Origin: Owenia fusiformis
Taxonomy: Eukaryota
Assembly: GCA_903813345.2 (NCBI GenBank)
Contig: CAIIXF020000001.1
Span: forward strand, 34,286,001-34,350,000
Direction: 5' to 3'
Length of the DNA: 64,000 nt
Shown: one piece after another, positions 39,298 through 53,405 of the stretch
Layout of the letters: each line of letters starts with the position of its first letter
How positions within the stretch are numbered: the stretch's first letter is position 1
The notes under the pieces: generated by a model
The model's database searches: none
What the model was told of the DNA's origin: nothing
Seen by the model: the letters and a program-made list of their open reading frames with translations, nothing else
Program-made: the position numbers and the translations under genes

Positions 39298-39416
39298 CCA
39301 TGTTGTGACCCCAGAAGATACATGCGAACCATCCTTCTCTGTTCATCTGAGTGCTGTGGACAGCGATGTGACCTTGTGCACATTTTCTTGGTATGCTCAG
39401 ATATTACACCACATTG
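39298..39416 (-). CDS. ATXN7L3: ATXN7L3/Sgf11 SCA7 zinc-finger exon (QCGVISEHTKKMCTRSHRCPQHSDEQRRMVRMYLLGSQH)
   Basis: Nearly identical to the vertebrate ATXN7L3 SCA7 motif QCGVISEHTKKMCTRSLRCPQHTDEQRR. tttttcag acceptor, gtaaga donor, 119 nt, ending in phase 2. Confidence 0.95.
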
Positions 39417-40503
39417 CTGAAAAATATTGTACACCATATATACGATATAAAGCACACTGTAAAAACTTCCTTTATAAAAATAAGGTATCAATGCAACAGT
39501 TTAGTATATTAAAAGTATCAACAAAAAACCTACCAGTGATCGACCTGGTGCGTAAATATTTTAAAGTGTAACGCTCTGGACCAAATTAAAATGGGGGATG
39601 AGGAAAATTCAATAATTGATTTTTTTATTCATTTTATCAAATACACAGAGTAGGCCTATTCCTACTAGGTTTTGCAAGCAGATACCTTAAAGCAATTTAA
39701 ACATTATGATAGTAGTCCATGGTATGAACTTCCTAACAAAGGACCTGGTAACACAATATAGTGCAGCGATATTTGACCTAATATTTGCATACCTACACAT
39801 GTCTAGTATTGTTTTTTATAATAGCCGTTCAATATTCTTCAAATATTTTGGCTGAATTATGCATGTCATTAGCAGGGGTCAAAAATATTAGTAACGAGGC
39901 ACACAACGTGAACAAGATCACACCATTGAAAAACCTTCAAAATGGCTGCCAGAAAATAAGATGGCCATCCAAAAGTTAATCAGCTCTAGCACTTGATATC
40001 CTCCATCATGTGTGTGAAATCTGATGAGTGGTTTTCCTGAAATGACATGTGTGGGAATTTGGAGAAATCCAATCTGGTTTTCCTGAATTAGCGATGACAA
40101 GATTTATCGAATAACCTTCAAAATGGTCGCCAGAAAACAAGATGGCCACCCAAAAATTAACCAGCTCAAGAACTTCTCTATATTACTCTATTCTCTTTCA
40201 TGTGTGCAAAGGAGAGATGGCGCTAAACCCCTCTTTTAGAACCCCTACAAAACAAGTATACAGGGTGGTCCAAAAAAGTGAACCCATCCAACAGGCTATA
40301 TTTTCCTTAATACATGCATGAATTGGCTCATATTATCACATCTTGTAGAGAAAGGTCTAAAATTTTTGTTGGTGCCATAATTTATTCTCAGTCTTAAACT
40401 TGAAGAAATTACAAGACTTAAACAAACATGCCTAAAATTAGATATTGTACAAAATGTCACCAATGTGATTTACGGAAATTGTTGAACACATTGGATGATC
40501 TTA

Positions 40504-42088
40504 AACTAGAAAAACAGCAACTCCACGGAGTAGCAAATCCCACCGAACAAAACATATTATGCTTATTATAGCTAGTGTAAATGTTGAAATGTTTGTGCAC
40601 TTTGAGATAAAAGCATGAAATTTGGCACAAAGTTAGTTTATACCATTGTGAACTAGGCATCATCATATAAAATTTGAACCAAATCTGTTCACTGGTATAT
40701 GAGTTATCAAAGATTACGTTTTTTACGAATATGGGCCGCCATCTTGAAATTCAGCCGCCATCTTGAAAATTATTTCTTGAACAGAGCTACTGTGTCCCTA
40801 GGCATAATCATATAAAATTTCAATCAAATCTGTTCACTGGTATTTGAGTTATCAAAGATTACGTTTTTTACGAAAAATTGCCGCCATTTTGAAATTAAGC
40901 TGCCATCTTGAAAATGTTTTGTCGAACATAGCTACTGTGTCCCTAATAATCATCATATAAAATTTGGACCAAATCCGTTCAATGGTATTTGAGTTATCAA
41001 AGATTACATATTTTTACGAAAAATGGCCGCAACTTTGAAATTAAGCGGCCATCTTGAAAATCTCATTTTTGCGAAACTCCTTTGTCCCTAGGCATCAGCA
41101 TATAAAATTTGAACCAAATCCGTTCACTGGTATATGAGTTATCAAAGATTACGGTTTTTAAGGAATTTGGGCCGCCATCTTGAAATTCAGCCGCCATCTT
41201 GAAAATTATTTCTTGAACAGAGCTACTGTGTCCCTAGACATAATCCTATAAAATTTCAACCAAATCTGTTCACTGGTATTTGAGTTATCAAAGATTACGT
41301 TTTTTACGAAAAATTGCCGCCATTTTGAAATTAGGCGGCCATCTTGAAAATGTTTTGTCGAACATAGCTACTGTGTCCCTAAGCATCATCATATAAAATT
41401 TAAACCAAATCCGTTCACTGGTATTTGAGTTATCAAAGATTACATATTTTTACGAAAAATGGCCACCATTTTGAAATTAAGCGACCATCTTGAAAATCTC
41501 TTTTTGTGCAAAACAACTTTGTCCCTAGGCATCAGCATATAAAATTTGAACCAAATCCGCAAACTAGTATTTGAGTTATTAAAGATTATGTTTTTTACGA
41601 AAAATTGCCGCCATTTTGAAATCAAGTGGCCATCTTAAAAATGTTTTGTTGAACATAACTACTGTGTCCCTAAGCATCATCATATAAAATTTGAACCAAA
41701 TCCGTTCACTTGTATTTGAGTTATCAAAGATTACATATTTTTACGAAAAATGGCCGCCATTTTGAAATAAAGCGGCCATCTTGAAAATCTCTTTTCGTGC
41801 GAAACTCTTTTGTCCCTAGGCATCAGCATATAAAATTTGAACCAAATCCGCAAACTAGTATTTGAGTTATTAAAGATTACATTTTTTACGAAAAATGGCG
41901 GCCATTTTGAATTCAGTGGCCATATTGAAAATTCCTTCTTGAGCAGAGGTCCTACACCCATAAGGCATAAGCCTATAAAATTTGAATCAAATCCGTGAAA
42001 CGGTATTTGAGTTATCGCCCGGACAAACAGACGGACGGATGGACGGCTTTCCTATATCCCTCTCGAACTTCGTTCGGTGGGATAAAAA
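40504..42088 (-). mobile_element. Complete HINE with about nine 145-bp monomers
   Basis: ACTAG end, palindrome ACTCC-AC-GGAGT, perfect subTIR pair ATCCCACCGAAC / GTTCGGTGGGAT, and a GACG microsatellite. Confidence 0.85.
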
Positions 42089-42355
42089 GCTTACAGTGAG
42101 AGATATAAGTTTAAACCATACTTTATGACAAATGAGACACTATTTAGGGCAGAAAGCACATTTCACACTTTCATTTACCATTTTAAAGCAGTTTTAGCCA
42201 TTCAACAATTAAGGGGCATGTTACCTACACCATGGGTTTTCAACTAGATAGCCCATGCCTACACAAACGGTTAGAGGGGGCAAACTTAACCCCTTTGACC
42301 CGAAATCTGAGAAGCCCTTCATATAAAAATCTTACAAAATTCATAAGCAAATCTA

Positions 42356-45300
42356 TAATATGTACAATTGTACAACTGACTCTGTACATTCAAGAGGAGT
42401 TGCGATACTTATATCAAAAAAGATAATATCATCTGTTAAGAGTACTGTATGCTCAAAAGATGGAAGACAGTTGCTAATTAATGTTGAACTCGATGGTACG
42501 AAATTCACATTAATATGCGTTTATGCACCAAATAATGCAGGACAGAGAATAGATTTTTTCAATAAAATGAATAAATGGATAAAGAGTAATAGAACTGATA
42601 ACTTCAATTTAATCATTGGTGGTGACTTTAATGTTACTCTGACTAATCGGGACAAGTTTCCAGAAAATCAAAACAATGTTGATAATAGTAGAAATGTGCT
42701 TAAAGAATTAATTGATGATAATGAGTTAATGGATGTATGGAAAACCTTAAATAGAAATAAAGAGGGTTTCACTTTTCATGATAAAAGGAGTGGCTCAATG
42801 AGCCGGATTGATTATTTATTTATTTCTAAGACTAATGAAATAGAACTTACGAAGTCATACATTATGCAGGTACTTAAAGCAGATCACAAAAGTATTATAC
42901 TAGATTTGAAAATATTAAAAAATAAAAGGGGGAGGGGCTATTGGAAATTCAATGGAAGTTTTCAAGATGAAAATTTTAATAAGGCACTTAAAGACTACAT
43001 GTATATTAAATGGCTTAAGATAAGATATAAAGATATACCATCAAAACGAGTACTATGGGAATTAATGAAGGGCAAGGTTAAGGCTTTCATAATTTCATTT
43101 CCTGTTAATAAAGCAAAAAGCACAAAGAATGTTAAAGTAGAATTGCAGGAAAAGATAGATGGAATAAGTATGTATATAGACAAATGCACAAAAGAAAATA
43201 TCAAACTTAAATTGAACAAGCAAAAGACAATATTAATAGATAGATTAGATAAAGAATATGAGAAAACTGTAAAAGGTAATTTCATTAGGTCAAAAGCTAA
43301 ATGGATGGAAAAGGGCGAGAAAAGCTCTTCATACTTTTTAAATTTGGAGAAACAAAGGCAAACAAATAATGTTATTAAAAAGGTGAGGACGAGACATGGT
43401 TGTGTATACAATGACAATGAAATTTGGAGGAAACTGCACGTTTCTACGAAAAATTATATAAAGCCGATGAGATAAATGAAAGTCAAATAGAAAATTATCT
43501 TGAAAACATAGATTCATTAAATACACTTAGCGAGGTCGATAAATTGAATATAGATAAGGAAATAACTCAAGATGAAATTAGAACTGTAGTAAAGAATCTT
43601 AAAAACAACAAAAGTCCAGCTGCAGACGGATTTACTCCGGAATTCTATAAAGCTTACTATGATTATTTTGAAGATGTTTTTGTTGACATGATTAAGGAAG
43701 TTTTCATTAAAGGGGAACTTTGTGACTCAATGAAAGTAGCCATTTAACCTTAATTTTCAAAAAGGGTGAGAGAGATCTACTGAAAAATTATAGACCAATA
43801 AGTTTAACTAACTACGACTATAAGATAATAGCATTTTTGATTGCTAGGAGGATAAAAGATGTAGTTAGCAATGATCAATCTGCATATATTGAGGGAAGAA
43901 ATATCAGTCTAAATGCTCGACTTCTTATTGATTTAATTGATTTAACGAATTGCGAAGGGATAAATGGTGCACTAATTAGCTTAGTCTTCCAGAAAGCTTT
44001 TGATAGTTTAAATTGGACTTTCATGTTCAAGGTTCTAAAAAAGATGAATTTTGGTGAAAATATTCTAAGATGGATTAAGATTCTATATAATGACCCTAAA
44101 TTGCAAGTTAAAAACAATGGATATTTATCGAGAGTTGTATCCGTTAACAGAGGCATAAGACAAGGTTGTCCAGCATCTGCGCTGATATTTATTTTATGTA
44201 CAGAAGTCTTGTCATTAAAATTAAAAATGAATGTGGATGTAAAAGGGATAGAAAATAATAATGGTTCACTTAAGACAATTCAACATGCTGATAACACAAC
44301 ATTAATACTTGGTAATAAACAATCAATTCCAAAAGCTATAGAAATCATAAATAATTTTTCTAATGTTAGTGGTTTGAAGCTTAAATATAGAAAAAACAGC
44401 TGGAATATGGTTGGGAGGTCTAAAAAACAATGAAAAAATATATCAAGATATTCATTTTTCAGAGAATCCAATCAAATGTTTAGGAATATATATTGGACAT
44501 AACAAAAAAGAATGTGAAAAATTAAATTGGGAAACTAAAGTCAGGTATTTTGAAAACACGTTAGAACGTTGGAAAAAAAGAAATTTAACTATTTTTGGCA
44601 AAGTACAAGTCATTAACTCATTGGGTATCTCTCAATTAATATATAATATGACAGTGCTTACAATGCTTTTAGATATTAAAAAGAAAATTCAGACAGCAAT
44701 TTTCAAATTTTTATGGAAAAGAGAAGCTGTTAAAAGGAAAACGGTAATTAATGACATTGAAAATGGGGGACTTAATCTAGTAGATATTGATACTAAGATA
44801 AAAGCTATACGCGGGTCTTGGATTAAAAGACTTTTGCATAATAAATCGTCTTGGAATCTCATTATTGAACATTATATTATAACAACTTAGGATTTACTGT
44901 AAAACAATTCTTGAAGACCACTTTCACTAGTAAAATTGACATAAAATTGCCAGAATTTTACAAAGAAGCTTTCATTGCCTTTAATAAATGTAAACAAAAC
45001 AACACAAAAGGTAAATATAGCATGGGAGAAGTCATATGGCTAAATGAAAATGTAAAAAGCAAAAATAGCATGTTATATTACAAAAGCTTGATTAAATCTG
45101 GGTTTATGTATGTCAAGGACTTCTTGACAGGCAGGGCGTTTTTAAAAAGGAAAAAATTATTATTGAACAATTGAAGCATCGAGCTCAAAACTGGATGGTG
45201 GAATGGCTTACATTAAAAAAATGTTTGACTGTATTTACAAAAGGTTTAGATACCACTTATGGAAATTACATTAATATAAAAGATAGTGAATATGTTCTCT

Positions 45301-46027
45301 TTTAAGATGGATTTAGGCATATAAATACAGTTAGTACGAAGATTGTATATAAACATATAATTGAAGAAAATGTAGAACGGTCAATTTCTGAGAATTACTG
45401 GTGCAGAAGTTTTAAGTTGGAGCATAGAAATAGTCTCTTTAAACGAGTTTATTAAAAGAACATATTAATGTGTCTTATAAAATTCTTGCTCAATTTAACT
45501 TTAAACTTCTGCATAATATCATTGCTTGTGGCAAAATGGTTTCTAATTGGCATCTAGGTGTAAATAGAAATTGTATGAAATGTAGAGAGACGCAAGATAT
45601 GAAACATTTGCTATTTGGCTGTGAATTAATGAAACCAATATGGGAGAAAATTGAAAAAATACTAAAACTTAATATCAGATGGCAGGACATTGTACTGGGC
45701 AATATAAAAATCCATGAAAACAAGATCTCAATGTTCAGAGACTTATTATTGACTATTGTTGCTTACACTGTTTATTCAAACTGGATAGCTTTCTCGGAAA
45801 AGGCCGATCTCTTTATAAATCTGAACTTCAAGTCAAAAATAGCTTGCAACATTGTATTTTTCGCTAATGTATATGAACATTCAAATTGTAATCATGCTTC
45901 ATTCTTCGCTAGGCATTTCATACTATTTTTAGATCAATTTGTTTCATAATTGAACTGTATTATTCATGTATTTGTACATATGTTAAAAGTAAAATTGAAT
46001 AAAATAAAAAAATAAAATAAAAAAAAA
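42356..46027 (+). mobile_element. 5'-truncated L1/Tx1-clade LINE with a disrupted ORF2 (APE endonuclease, RT, C-terminal zinc finger)
   Basis: EN motifs GVAIL, VYAPN, GGDFN, SRIDY and DH; RT motifs YRPISL, KAFD, GIRQGCP and degenerate QHADN. Several stops and frameshifts, an A-rich tail, and TSD ATAAGCAAATCTA at 42343-42355 and 46028-46040. Confidence 0.95.
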
Positions 46028-47250
46028 ATAAGCAAATCTAATATTCAGTATCTTGAGCCATATCTCATTAGAATTGGTCCATGATAAATGGAGATATTGA
46101 CATTTTAAGACCATATAGGGGTATGTTGCGATTTCCCTGGAAGATGTTTTGTCTTTGGAAACTTAGATCATTTCTTTGGATCACAATAACTTTACAACAA
46201 ACAGAGGCAGTATGCGAATGTTTATACCATAATGTGCGGGATTCAAAACCAAACAAAGTCAGAAACCATTAGGTTTTTCAGATTGCAGCTAAAAATACTT
46301 CCACAGGAAGATTGTTGAAGGGTTGACGAATCGGAAATAATGAAGTTCACATTCTATTGATTTTCAGTGATGTTTGATTAGGGCTTGTAATATCTGTAAA
46401 TTTCAAGACTACAAAAAATGTATGGTACATGTACCAACAAAGACCTTCGTCTACAACATGTGAAAAGTGAAAGGTAATATGGGAAATATAGCCTGTTGTA
46501 ACAGTTCACTTTTTGGACCACCCTGTATATTGACATGGAATTGAAGAGGAAACATACACATCTCAAGAAAAAAGGTTTATCTACAACATGCAATTGGTTT
46601 TAAAAGCAAATGGAAGAATGAGTTATTTGGAAAAAGTCTAAGTGGACCAATAGTCTGTTAAATGGATCTGTTCTTTGTAGAAAATCTGATTTTCCCGAAA
46701 TGGCAATGACAAGATTTATTGAAAAACCTTCAAAATGGCCGCAAGAAAACAAGATGGCCACCCAAAAGTTAATCAGCTCTAAAACTTGATATCCTTTATC
46801 ATGAATTTAAAGAAAATACGATGATCGGTTTTCCTGAAATAGAAGGACAAGATTTATCGAAAAACCCTCAAAATGGCCACCAGAAAACAAAATGGCCACC
46901 CAAAAGTTAATCAGCTCTTAGATCTTGATATCCACTATCATGTGTGAATTTGGGGAAAATCTGATGAGGTTTTTTTTTTGAAATGGCAATGACAAGATTT
47001 ATCGAAAAACTTCAAAATGGCCGCCAGAAAACAAGATGGCCACACAAAAGTAAATATCAGCTCTCTAACTTGATATTCTCTATCATCTTACGAAGCATAT
47101 CAGTTGAAAAAAATACTAGAAGGCATTTTACCATGTACTGCCACTTGGTAAAATAGTTAAAATAATATAGAATAAAATGTTTAATATACTGCTAAATAAG
47201 TTGCATTAAGAGAGAATCGTAGAGAATATTTTTTCCTGTATAATAGGCAG

Positions 47251-48048
47251 TTATTAGACTCCAGATTGAAAATCTGGAGTCTATTGCTTTTGCCTGTATT
47301 CTTATTATTCTTATTATTCTTATTAGCACGTTTTCTCAGTAACTAGAAGACTTAGAGTAAATCTAATTACATGGTCAGGCAGGGTATGTGACCTAGTTTC
47401 TGGGAAATGAGGTCAAATTTTTATCTAGGTCAAGGGTCAAAATCTAGGTCAAATCTACAAATTGTCAATTATCTTTGTTATGGTTAATTATTTTTTCTCA
47501 ATTATTTTTTCATCGTGTAGCTAAGAAGGAGCGCTTTTAAGTGAACTAATTTTTTTTATTGTTACTTTTAAGAATTTTGAAAAATTTGACTTAAAAAAAA
47601 AGTTGAATTTTTTAAATGTTCCAAATCCATTAAAATTGGTATTAATTTAATAGAAAATTGTCTCAAGATTCTGAATCTGAAAACGAAATTGTGATCCGAC
47701 TCCCGGTTCAGGAGTTAAGACATTTTGAAATTTTGAAAAAATGATTTGATGATATCCCCATGTCATGTCAATCGGACCGATATTTTTTTATTTCTCATTA
47801 ATATCAAAGTTCAAATCAAAGTTTTAATAGAAAATTTTCTCAGGGTTCCGAATCTGAAAACAAAATTGAGATCCGACTTCCGGTTTAGAAGTTATGGGCT
47901 TTTGAAATCTCAAAAAAATCCCACCGCTGCCACCAAATTGTAACAATCTCAACCCTTTCATTAATATCAGATCTCAAAATGGATTTGAGATAAACAATCT
48001 AAATCTGGAGTCTTGAATTGAACTTGTTCAATTTCTCCAATCTAGTTT
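47251..48048 (+). mobile_element. Complete HINE/Helentron-type element in plus orientation
   Basis: 5' subTIR AGACTCCAGATT with its IR, (TATTCT) microsatellite, 3' subTIR AATCTGGAGTCT, stem-loop AATTGAAC-TT-GTTCAATT, and a CTAGTTT end. Confidence 0.85.
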
Positions 48049-48229
48049 CTTTTATTATAGCGGAAAAAAATATAATACGTATTTTTAAGAATTATTTTTG
48101 ATTTAATAATATTATTCGTGTATTATTTAAAGAGAACAACATATAATACCATATAATATAGAATAATATTCCTGTCAGGAGCAAATAATATGTTGGCATT
48201 TGCAATCAAAAACCGATTATCACTGTTAT

Positions 48230-50640
48230 TTTCAAGCCGTTAATCCCTAATTATTCAATTCCTATGAAATGAGTTTCATTCATACTGATAATTGATCCAT
48301 TTGTTAGGGCTAATGGATTAATCTCTACAGCTGATGGCTCTTAATTCCACAAAAATAATTTGCAAAATAAGTTTTTACAAACATATTTGATTATATAATG
48401 TCCCTAATGTTATGATTAACATTGTGTTAAATTTTTGATTCAATCAATTAATTCATTGTAAAGTTAATTTTTGAATTCTTAATTAATTGGTTTTCCTCAC
48501 ATTTTTATTCCATTGTTTCTCTGTCACATTTAGTTTATAGCAAACAACATTTAAATCGATCCCTTCTTACACAGGTACAAACAACCACCTGTATTCACTT
48601 TGCCAACCAGAAAAACAGGCATGACACGAAACTGCTCAATATTCAATAAACACATTACGCATTTTATACAGACCCTTAGCCAAGGACCCCCCCCCCCTCC
48701 CCGTGGCCAACAATACTTTCAAAATCATGTAGTTTTTCACCATTCAAATACATGTATTGACATTCCAGAGCAACAAGCTTTAATCCCTAATTATTCAATT
48801 TCCATGATTTGAGTTTTGTTCACACTGATAAATAATCTGTTTGTTAGAGTTAAGGGATTAATTTCTAAAGCAGTTGGTTCTAATTTCAGCTGAAAAATAA
48901 ATTGCAAATTTAGTTTTTCATATTTATTTGATTGTATAATGTCCCTTATGTTATGATTAACATTGTGTTAAAATTTGGACTTAATTCATCCATTTAACAG
49001 AAAGTTAATTTTTAATCAATGGGTTTCCTCACATTTTTACCCCATTGGGTTTCCTCACAATTTAACTCAATTGTTTCTCTGTCAAATTAAGTTTACAACA
49101 AACAACACTTAAAGCCCCCTCTTACACAAACACCTTTAATCACTTCACAAACAACACAAAACATTTATGACACGAAACTGCTATATATCAATACATTATG
49201 AATTTGGTATTGGTCCATGGCCAGGGAGGGAGGGGGTCGTTGGGTTCAAGTAAACCCCTTCTCCCTTTGCCAAAATTCTTTCAAAATCCTACATTTTTTA
49301 CCAATCTGAGCACTGTTAAGTGATTTTGGGCCAAAATTATCAATTGTGACCCCTTGGTTTGTTTTGAAAATTGATCCCCTGGGCTAAAACTTATTACGAG
49401 CCTGTAATATATTGGATGTATTGCTTCGATTTCTTCTGGCAAATCACTGATAATAAATTAGGAAACGTGCATTAGATTAACTGATACAAGTGGCCCATGC
49501 TAAAACAAAATTAAAACTTGTATTCTCTCACATTTCATAATTCGTGTGTTTTTTGTTATCCATATACACTGTAATATCTGAGATATACATGTAAACCAGG
49601 GATATAAACAACAGATTAGTCCATGATGGAATACATTTGTTTCTACTATAATTGGACCATTTCTTTTAATTAAAGCTGGTTTTATTAACCTTTCTTTGTT
49701 TTCCATTTCCAAATACATATTCAATATGTTTAGTTGTTTGATAATGAAAATAAAGAAGCGGGGACATTTTACATTTATTCTTAATGTTTCATCTGACAAA
49801 GCGCTGATTATGCTTTGAGCAAATTGGTGCATGGTAGAACAAACTGATGTAAATAACATATTGGCATGTGGTACATGTATGTCAGAGCAATATGATAAGT
49901 AAAACTTTAATCCCCAATTACTCAATTTCTTTAATATGAGTTTCGTTAACACTGATGCTAATCTGTTTGTTTGTTGCAATGGATTAATTTCCTACAGCCA
50001 ACAGTTCTAAGTTTCACAAAAAAAATTCAAAAATTCAGTTTTTCATATTTTTTTGATTGTATAATGTCCCTAATGTTATGATTTACATTGTGTTAAAATT
50101 TGGATTAAATTGATTGACTCAACGGAAAGTTGATTATTAATCAATGAATTTCCTCACATTTTCACTCCATTGTTTGTCAGCCATAATAAGTTTAAAAAGC
50201 TAAAAACATTACGCATTTAATACAGGCCTGTACCTAACGAATACCGATCCCCTCCCCTTGGTCAACAATTCTTTCAAAATCATGCAGATTTTCATCATTC
50301 ACATTCATGTATTGAATTCAGAGCAATATAAGTAATACTTTAATCCCTAAGTTTTTTCAATTTCTATGAGATGAGTTTTGTTCACTGATTACTAATCTGT
50401 TTGTGAGAGTTAATCCGTTTGTTGGAGTTAATGGATTAATATCTAGAGCCGATTGTTCTAATTTCCACAAAAAAATAATTTGCAAATTAAATTATTCATA
50501 TTTGTTTTATTGTATAGAATCCATCTTTCTATGATTAACATTGTGTTAAAATTTGGATTGAATCGATTAACTCATTGGAAAGTTAATGTTTTGATTTTTA
50601 ATTGATGACTTTTTCACACTTTTACTCCATTGTTAACATT
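48230..50640. repeat. Four diverged copies of a several-hundred-bp repeat
   Basis: taatccc(t/c)aa...tcaat...atga...gagttt and tatgattaacattgtgttaaaatttgga blocks recur from about 48241, 48781, 49907 and 50341. Confidence 0.7.
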
Positions 50641-52216
50641 AATTTCAATCAAGTTAAATTTCTTTCTTCTAAACATTTATTTGTAAATATTTTTCAAATA
50701 GAAATATAACAATCAAAATAAAATAAGTGTGACATGTGTAAGTAATAGAGATGAGAAGGCCAGTAGAATGGTTGATCCTAATAACCATGCCATGCTGTGC
50801 ATTCTTTGTTTTGTTTGGTTAAGTAATTAACCAGATGGATTGTACATCAAGTTGGACGAGAATAATCGAGTATAATATTTTTTAGAACCCAAATAATACA
50901 ATATAATTTGATATATTCTGCTTAGATTGGAAAATACTAGAAAATAATAATTTTTAGAATGGCAAAAATTCTATATAAACTGCAATCATCAGTTTGGATT
51001 GATAAATATGACCAAATAATATTTTAGAAAGACAGAATAAATATAAATTGGCGCAAATAATTCTAAAAAATAATATTATACTGGGAATAAAACATCCTGC
51101 TACATTTTCTTATTGAGATAATCGGATTTGGTAAATGTTTATATGTACAAATAATATATTTGGATCTCACTTATTTCTAATTATATTATATTAATCTCTA
51201 TATAATATAGTATATTATGCTGATTATATTTTTTTCCTTCATAATATAATATAATAATTACAATACTGAATGGAAATACTGTATTATAACGCATCTTTTT
51301 ACACAAATATCCGAAAATAAAACATCTTTATATCTATTATTTTATTGATTTCACCAAGTGTGCGCCTATTCATTTGGCAATTCAGTGGTAAACTTCGGAT
51401 TTGGAGAAAATCCGATGAGTGGTTTTCCTGAAATGGCGATGACAAGATTTATCAAAAAACCAAAAGTTAATCAGCTCTAGATCCTCTATCATGTGTCCGA
51501 ATTTGGAGAAAATCTGATGAGCGGTTTTCCTAAAATGGCGATGGCAAGATTCATCAAAAAACCTTCTAAATATCTGCCAGAAAAAAAAATGGCTGCCAAA
51601 AAGTGCAGATTATCATCTCTAGAACTTGATATCCTCTATTGATACTGTCCCCAGCTCCGATTTTGGTGATCGGCTAGTAAAAAAGGTTTGAGGGTGTCAT
51701 TTTGTTGACACTCTCTAGAGTAAAATATCTTAACTTGAATAAAAATGTGTGGTAAGTGAATTCGCTATGGGCAGTTAAAGTGATGCCATCTATTCATTTT
51801 CAAACATGGGGGTAGGGATTTAAAATATTTTTTAATGTAGGTAAATGGAAAATGTAAGCAAAATACCAAGACTATCTTATGGCAAACATAAAAGGGAATG
51901 AGTAAAAATTATTTGAGGTGGATCGGGCCAGGAATTAAGTCAAAATTTGAAGTTCACTACAGTGGCCCCACCTATTTTCGCACTTTTACCACAAAGAATA
52001 ACTTATTTTAGCTTTAGTAAGGGTCTTATATTTTTAACTTATTATGAATATTATAAGGGGAGGTATGGGACATATTATGCATGGGGAGTTATATTTCTAA
52101 AATATTTCTATGAAGTAAAAAAAAATAGATAAGTAATATATGACGTTTTATCAGATTTTGTTAAAACTTTCCAAAAAACATACATTATCTAGAACATACA
52201 TGCATATTGTTGGTAT

Positions 52217-53405
52217 AACCAGAACAACGGCAACGCCAAAGCGTAGCGAATCCCATCGAACATTTTTCAGAAGGGCACCTTTTACCAAAAGTGTCATTAG
52301 ACAGTGTGCCATGCTTATAATATTCACATACCAAATATGAACAAAATCACTCTACTACTTTTCGAGTTATAGTAAAATACGTTAAAATGGTGGCCATTTT
52401 GAAAAATGGCCGCCTTCTACCAAAAGTCTCATTAGACAGTGTGCCATGCTTATAGTATTCACATACCAAATGTGAACAAAATCGCTCCACTACTTTTCGA
52501 GTTATAGTAAAATACGTTAAAATGGTGGCCATTTTGAAAAATGGCCGCCTTCTACCAAAAGTGTCAATAGACAGTGTACCATGCTTATACGTATTCACGT
52601 ACCAAGTATGAACAAAATCGCTCCACTACTTTTCAAGTTATAGTAAAATAAGTTAAAATGGCAGCCATTTTTCAAAATGTCCACCATTTTTCAAAATGGC
52701 CGCCTTCTACCAAAAGTGTCATTAGACAGTGTGCCATGCTTACAGTGTTCACATACCGAATATGAACAAAATCGCTCCACTACTTTTCGAGTTATGGTAA
52801 AATACGTTAAAATGGCCGCCATTTTGAAAAATGTCCGCCATTTTTCAAAATGGCCGCCTTCTACCAAAAGTGTCATTAGACAGTGTGCCATGCTTATAGT
52901 ATTCACATACCAAATATGAACAAAATCGCTCCACAACTTTTCGAGTTACTTTTCGTAAAATAACGAGTAAAGGCCGCCATTTTTCAAGATGGCTGCCATG
53001 TGCTTTTTTAATATCTACATTTCTAGCTTTATTAATGTCCTATATAATTTTTACATTTAAAACATATTGCTATTACAGTCTTACATATTGTACCTAAATT
53101 ACTGTAAAATCGGCACTAAAATGGCTGCCATTTTTAAATGAGTGGCCATTTTGAAAATCGGCTTTCAAGCAGAACTTCTACCCCCATAGGGTATATGTGT
53201 ACAAAAGATGAATAAAATCGGGCCAACGGTATTTGAGTTCTATTAGGTTAGGGTTAGGGTTAGGTACAGACGTACGTACGGACGGATGGACGGACGGATG
53301 GACGGACGGATGGATGGACGGACGGACGGACGGACGGATGGACGGACGGATGGACGGATGGAGGCGTTCCCTTTATCCCTCCGAACTTCGTTCAATGGGA
53401 TAATA
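52217..53405 (-). mobile_element. HINE with 135-155-bp monomers and a GACG/GATG microsatellite
   Basis: subTIR ATCCCATCGAAC / GTTCAATGGGAT, related to the 40504 family. Confidence 0.8.

Larger units (their letters stand above)
40261..46525. mobile_element. Tc1/mariner-type element (TA TSD) expanded by a nested HINE and LINE
   Basis: TA|CAGGGTGGTCCAAAAAAGTGAAC ... GTTCACTTTTTGGACCACCCTG|TA, ~45-bp TIR. Confidence 0.85.
39925..47090. repeat. Degenerate tandem array (aaaaccttcaaaatggccgccagaaaacaagatggcc monomer) split by later insertions; a further piece at about 51395-51640
   Basis: Monomers at 39925-40210 and 46680-47090 flank the Tc1-type element. Confidence 0.6.
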
